A stretch of DNA of 64,000 nucleotides, from assembly GCA_050953065.1 (NCBI GenBank), contig JBMNLZ010000003.1, positions 448,001 through 512,000 of the forward strand, given 5' to 3'. Position numbers and translations under genes: made by a program. The first letter of the stretch is position 1. Each line of letters opens with the position of its first letter. Shown here piece by piece: positions 59,667 through 64,000 of the stretch. The notes under the pieces are model-generated. The model saw nothing but the letters and a program-made list of their open reading frames with translations, did not search any database and was not told where the DNA came from. The DNA comes from Bacilli bacterium (GTDB lineage: Bacteria; Bacillota_I; Bacilli_A; ML615J-28; CAG-698).

Positions 59667-61961
59667 TTATTTTTCCTTTCTACTTTTTAATAAGGCATAT
59701 TCAAAAATTACCTTGTATTTTTTTAAACTCTCAATTTCAACATCTCTACGAACAAAAAGCTTTTTTAACTTATCTTTCTCTACTCCTTTTAAATTTCTTT
59801 CAAAAGAATATGAAAGATGAGGTATAAATTTCATAAATTCATAAATTGGATTATTTGATTCTAGTGCTCTTGCTAAACAATCATAAATCTTATAAACAAT
59901 CGACCTAGAAATTTGTCCTTCTTCAAGTTTTGCTTTATAATCTTCACTTTCTTTAATCACAAAATCTAGTTCACTATTATTTAGTGTAACATCAAAAATA
60001 GTAAAACTATTTTTTTCTTCTTTTGCTTTAGAAGCCTCTAAATATCTTTCAGCTTGCAATACTGCATATCTAATTGGCGACTTGGAGTTAAAAATTTCCA
60101 CCCCAGAACTTATATGAATGTCTTTATTATCTGAAACATAATTTTTCAATTCATCACAAATGTCTTTATTAATACTTAAGATTTCACTAGCAGGAGCAAT
60201 CAAAACCAGATCATCTCCTCCTGAATAATTGATATAGACTTTATCATTTCTATTCTTCTTCATCATATCATTAAGTTTCTTTGTAAAGAAATAATCTAGC
60301 GTTCTTGATAAAGTTAATACTTTTGAGAATGTTTTAAATTCTTTAGGTATTCCTCTATTAAAAATAAAGCCTAAATTATCAACATCCATTTTTAAAATAG
60401 CTAACTTTTTATCACCTATTGATTTAGCAGCTATTTCTTCAAATGAATTTCCATTTGCATTTAAATTAGCATAATACTTAGACTCACCTAATTCATTACC
60501 ATTGATAGTTACATAAAAAGCATCTTCTAATATCTCTTTAAATTCTTCAGCTATTTTAATTTGACCTAATTTCCCAAAATCAAGTTTAAACAACTTATCT
60601 CTTATAGAACCATTAAAAGTATATTCAACAATAAGTTTATTATTATGTACTAATAAGTCATTTAATTTAATATAATCTTCACAATCTTGACAACGTTCTC
60701 CATTTAAAGCTTCGTTGATTTCACACAATTCACAAACCTTGTTTAAAGCCTCGCCTACAAAAGAAACATCTTCTTTTTTAAATAAAGTTTTAAATTTTTG
60801 TTTTTTACTAATCAAAACTTTTTTATTATCAGGATGCATCACTTCATCATAAATAATATTGAAATCGTTTATATCGCCTTCATAAGTTGCAAATGCAAAA
60901 GACAATTTACCTTTATATTTTTTAAACAATTCATCTTCAATTTCAAATAATGTTTTTTCAATCACTTCATCAAAATTATCTAATTTAGGTAAAAGCAACA
61001 TCCCTCTACCACCAGCTGAAAACAAAATGTTTTCATATGATAAATTAAAGTCATTTAAAATCTTATATCCAATTAAGTCCGTTAAAAGTAATAAGAAAAA
61101 TGATCTGGTTCTTAAAGACTTAGCAATATCTTTTTTAGTTGCTTCACCTTCAGTAACTTTATAAATGTAATCTTGGGTTCCTGATAAATCATATTCTAAT
61201 AATACAAATTTTAAATCTCTTGATGCATCTCCAAACTTATAATTTAACGACTTTAAAGTTGCTGCTAAAGCTGCAGTAACTTTTAAGTGATCAAACAAAC
61301 TTACAGAAGATTTGTATTCTGGAAAATCTTTTACATAAGTTGCAGAAGGAATACAAGTTGTATACGATTTAAGCAATGGATATAATCTGTGATGAATTAT
61401 AAAATCATTTTTGTCTTTAATCTTTTGACATTCTTCTCTAAATTTATCGAATAACTCCTTATATTCTTTTTTTGCCTGATCCAAATTAGTTGTTTTTGAT
61501 TCACTAATTAATTTAAAATCATCAAGTGTTTTCAAATCCAAATATTTTGGACTAGAAACACTTTGCCCTTCTAAAGAAATCTCATTAAAAATACTGTTCA
61601 TTCTTTTCATAATGAAATCATTCTTATTTTGTTTATAAGCAATGTCTTCATCTACGTCTTCATCGACAGGACTTTTTCTATCATGTGCAGAAGCAAGTCT
61701 ATCTGCTTTAGCGACTTCCGATCTTTCATCTTTATGATGGTTAGCTGCTAAAGTATTAATACTTGTAAGATTAGGCAAGTTATTCAAAATAAATTTTGAA
61801 GTAAAAGCCGCATGCACATACTCTCCCATATTTTTGATAAACGTTTCGTCATAACTTCCTGCTTCTATTCTATCACCTGTTCTTTGATAAAATTTACCAA
61901 TATCATGCAAAAGTCCTGCTAATGTAGAATGCAAAATTTCTAATTTTTTTTCTCTCTCCAT
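59667..61961 (-). CDS. cas10: Cas10/Csm1 with HD nuclease and GGDD cyclase motifs
   Basis: LLHDIGKF, SLFDH, DLSGTQDYIY, SLRTRSF, MDVDNLG, YSGGDDL. Confidence 0.97.
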   Translation of the reverse strand: MEREKKLEILHSTLAGLLHDIGKFYQRTGDRIEAGSYDETFIKNMGEYVHAAFTSKFILNNLPNLTSINTLAANHHKDERSEVAKADRLASAHDRKSPVDEDVDEDIAYKQNKNDFIMKRMNSIFNEISLEGQSVSSPKYLDLKTLDDFKLISESKTTNLDQAKKEYKELFDKFREECQKIKDKNDFIIHHRLYPLLKSYTTCIPSATYVKDFPEYKSSVSLFDHLKVTAALAATLKSLNYKFGDASRDLKFVLLEYDLSGTQDYIYKVTEGEATKKDIAKSLRTRSFFLLLLTDLIGYKILNDFNLSYENILFSAGGRGMLLLPKLDNFDEVIEKTLFEIEDELFKKYKGKLSFAFATYEGDINDFNIIYDEVMHPDNKKVLISKKQKFKTLFKKEDVSFVGEALNKVCELCEINEALNGERCQDCEDYIKLNDLLVHNNKLIVEYTFNGSIRDKLFKLDFGKLGQIKIAEEFKEILEDAFYVTINGNELGESKYYANLNANGNSFEEIAAKSIGDKKLAILKMDVDNLGFIFNRGIPKEFKTFSKVLTLSRTLDYFFTKKLNDMMKKNRNDKVYINYSGGDDLVLIAPASEILSINKDICDELKNYVSDNKDIHISSGVEIFNSKSPIRYAVLQAERYLEASKAKEEKNSFTIFDVTLNNSELDFVIKESEDYKAKLEEGQISRSIVYKIYDCLARALESNNPIYEFMKFIPHLSYSFERNLKGVEKDKLKKLFVRRDVEIESLKKYKVIFEYALLKSRKEK

Positions 61962-61962
61962 T

Positions 61963-63270
61963 CTATTCTCCTTTCGTTTTATTTTTTATATAAATATTTA
62001 TTTCTTCATATAAATCCCATTTAATTTGTTTTTGAATATCTTTATTACAGTATTCAAAAACTTCTTTAATATTCTTTAATATTGCCTTAACACTAATATT
62101 AAATTCTTTTTTTATTTTATCTTCACTAAAGCCTACAATTTCATGAGAAGATTTATTTCTGATTTTCCTTTCAAAGTCTAAAAAAGAATCTAGTTTTTTA
62201 CTATAAAAAGAAAATTTTTCTTTATCCTCTTTTATTAAATATTCAAATAATCCTTTCGCATTTCTAAAGGAAATGTATTCATTTTTTTTATCTAAATGAT
62301 TTTTTATATTAGAATACTTTTCTTCTAATTTTTCTACATCTATAAGATTTCTTTGTTTTTTAGAAGCATAATTAAATATGCTATCATTGAATTCTTTTTT
62401 TATGACCATATCAGTTAGTTCAACAAATATCGGAGAAATTGCTCTTGCAAAATCAGTCGCCAATCCAAGTTCATCTCTAATAGACAAATACAATATGTAT
62501 TCATATATTTTAGAAGTTTCTTTTCTTTTTATCGGGAAAAACTCAATTTTTGTTGGAATTTGGAAAGCTTTTTTATAGTTAAGAATTGATTTAAAATAGA
62601 CTTTATCAACTAAAGCTTTAGTTTCCTTGCCAAAAATATTTGGATGGTATTTCTCTACTATTGTTTTTGCTCCTAAATAATTGTATGAATCAAGCATCGT
62701 ATTAAAAATAGAAATTGTTGAAAACCTAATTAGATTAGGAAGTTTTGAAACCTCGCATCTATTTGGAGAATCTATTTCACCATCATAAGAATACTCTAAA
62801 ACTTCTTTACCCGTTGTCACTTTAAACATTTCTTTATTGTCATCTTTATGTGTACTTTCTTTAATATTTTTATTTACTTTCATGTAAATAAAAGGATGAT
62901 GAATATGAACACTAATCAATTCCAGTGAAGCAATCATTTGAGGAGTTCCTGATGTAATATTTAATATCACTTCGCTCTCAGGGTATTTATCAATTATATC
63001 TTTTAACGTTTTTTCAATATCATCATCAATTATTCCCTCTTCATTAGGTTTTGTTAAATCAGGTCTTTCAATTCTAATAACTTGGATTTTTGGATTTAAT
63101 TCTTTTAAAGCCTCATCAATTATATTATTTGGATCTCTATCTATAGCATCCTTTGAATAATACAAATACGCTTTGTCTATATGGTTGTGTCTTACTATAT
63201 GTAAAATTGCACCATCTCTACAATTTGAAATTGGATCAGTCATACCAACAAAACTAAATAATATTTTCAT
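61963..63270 (-). CDS. csm6: CARF-HEPN ancillary ribonuclease Csm6
   Basis: FVGMTDP, DGAILHIVRH, LNITSGTPQM; HEPN RNKSSH. Confidence 0.9.
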   Translation of the reverse strand: MKILFSFVGMTDPISNCRDGAILHIVRHNHIDKAYLYYSKDAIDRDPNNIIDEALKELNPKIQVIRIERPDLTKPNEEGIIDDDIEKTLKDIIDKYPESEVILNITSGTPQMIASLELISVHIHHPFIYMKVNKNIKESTHKDDNKEMFKVTTGKEVLEYSYDGEIDSPNRCEVSKLPNLIRFSTISIFNTMLDSYNYLGAKTIVEKYHPNIFGKETKALVDKVYFKSILNYKKAFQIPTKIEFFPIKRKETSKIYEYILYLSIRDELGLATDFARAISPIFVELTDMVIKKEFNDSIFNYASKKQRNLIDVEKLEEKYSNIKNHLDKKNEYISFRNAKGLFEYLIKEDKEKFSFYSKKLDSFLDFERKIRNKSSHEIVGFSEDKIKKEFNISVKAILKNIKEVFEYCNKDIQKQIKWDLYEEINIYIKNKTKGE

Positions 63271-63471
63271 ATGTCCTCTTTTTTTAAAAAAATCTACTTT
63301 ATTACATTATAATACAAAACTAACATTTTAAAAAGATAAAAAACAAAAATCTTTTTGTTCCCATTATGGAGTTAATTTAATACTTATTAGCTTTTTTGGT
63401 TCCTATTGTATGGACTTTTTAAAATAGATAATGTATAATCAAATTATCTTTTAAAAAAGAAGGTGTAATTT

Positions 63472-64000
63472 ATGGGATTTATAATTTTAACCGATAATAA
63501 TAAACAACATCTTAATCTCTCTAAAGAGGCTTGGCTTTGTATTGATGATGATATCAATAATTTTACAAATCCTAGAAACAAGAAAAATCTATCAGGATTT
63601 TTAAATACTGTTTTTAATAATTTTTATAGAGAAGCTAATGCTTCTATCTCAATCAGAATAACTAATTATCAGGATGAGTTAAATAATATCTTAAAGCCAT
63701 TTGAAATTGGAATTGAAAGTAATATACTTTTTACCTTAAAAGAAAAATTAATCGAAAACGAAACGTTTAAATTAAAACAAAATATTTCTCAAATTAAGGG
63801 TGAAGGCAGAAAATTTAGAATTAATAATGATAATTTAAAAATTCTAGAAGATTCTCATGAGAATCTTTTTTACGATAATTCCTTAGGGCTTTACTTAAAA
63901 GCGATATTTGAGGAATACACTAAAAAACCATATTATTTAAGAGAACAAATTTATTTTAAAGAACACATTGATAAAATCAATTATAGTCTTAAAAATAATC
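63472..64000 (+). CDS. Probable CRISPR-linked WYL-domain protein, 3'-truncated by the window edge (absent from the ORF track)
   Basis: Open from ATG 63472 (AAGGTG RBS): MGFIILTDNNKQHLNLSKEAW...YLKAIFEEYTKKPYYLREQIYFKE, resembling WYL-protein N-termini; the WYL domain itself would lie outside the window. Confidence 0.65.
   Translation, partial: MGFIILTDNNKQHLNLSKEAWLCIDDDINNFTNPRNKKNLSGFLNTVFNNFYREANASISIRITNYQDELNNILKPFEIGIESNILFTLKEKLIENETFKLKQNISQIKGEGRKFRINNDNLKILEDSHENLFYDNSLGLYLKAIFEEYTKKPYYLREQIYFKEHIDKINYSLKNN

Noticed and set aside
1296-62578. Short ORF-track entries antisense to or nested in long genes (e.g. 1296-1601, 3269-3484, 5738-5969, 8931-9140, 11194-11427, 13351-13647, 35266-35526, 43173-43499, 44193-44474, 58732-59043, 62378-62578)
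   Set aside because: Shadow ORFs of well-supported genes, with no recognisable motifs
63411-63420. GGACTTTT motif shared between the WYL promoter, 1688-1695 and the ATPase repeats as a common operator
   Set aside because: At 63411 it is simply the -35 position (17 bp from TATAAT); an 8-mer with inconsistent placement is not enough evidence

Overview
Very AT-rich chromosomal window from a low-GC Bacillota/Mollicutes-like bacterium (Acholeplasma/Izemoplasma-like by gene content; this is inference). It uses standard code 11, since TGA is a stop in several ATGA overlaps. The left two-thirds mixes housekeeping genes (lysS, mntP, hslO, maf, GH4 glucosidase, yabO-ftsH-hpt-tilS, ddh, lgt, ltaS-like) with many surface proteins (BspA-type LRR, InlB B-repeat, Big_2). 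The right third is a defence region: an AAA_14/DUF4143 ATPase, an AbiEi/AbiEii TA pair, an XRE-ankyrin gene, a 51-repeat CRISPR array and a complete type III-A locus (csm6-cas10-csm2-5, two cas6-like genes, cas1, cas2) with a divergent WYL-type gene at the window edge. The most unusual items are: (1) a ~12-TM membrane protein fused to an McrB-like NxD AAA+ domain, paired with a DUF2357/Zn-ribbon McrC-like gene; (2) a convergent, catalytically degenerate CD-NTase/OAS-like plus RNase H-like protein; (3) a sequence footprint suggesting the DUF4143 ATPase and its 23-bp repeats inserted as a transposase-free cassette; (4) a lipoprotein-cyclophilin gene split by one TGA at a conserved Trp; (5) a bistable leader RNA; (6) strongly strand-biased CRISPR spacers that often cover gene starts. 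All family assignments come from motif recognition by eye; no searches were run.
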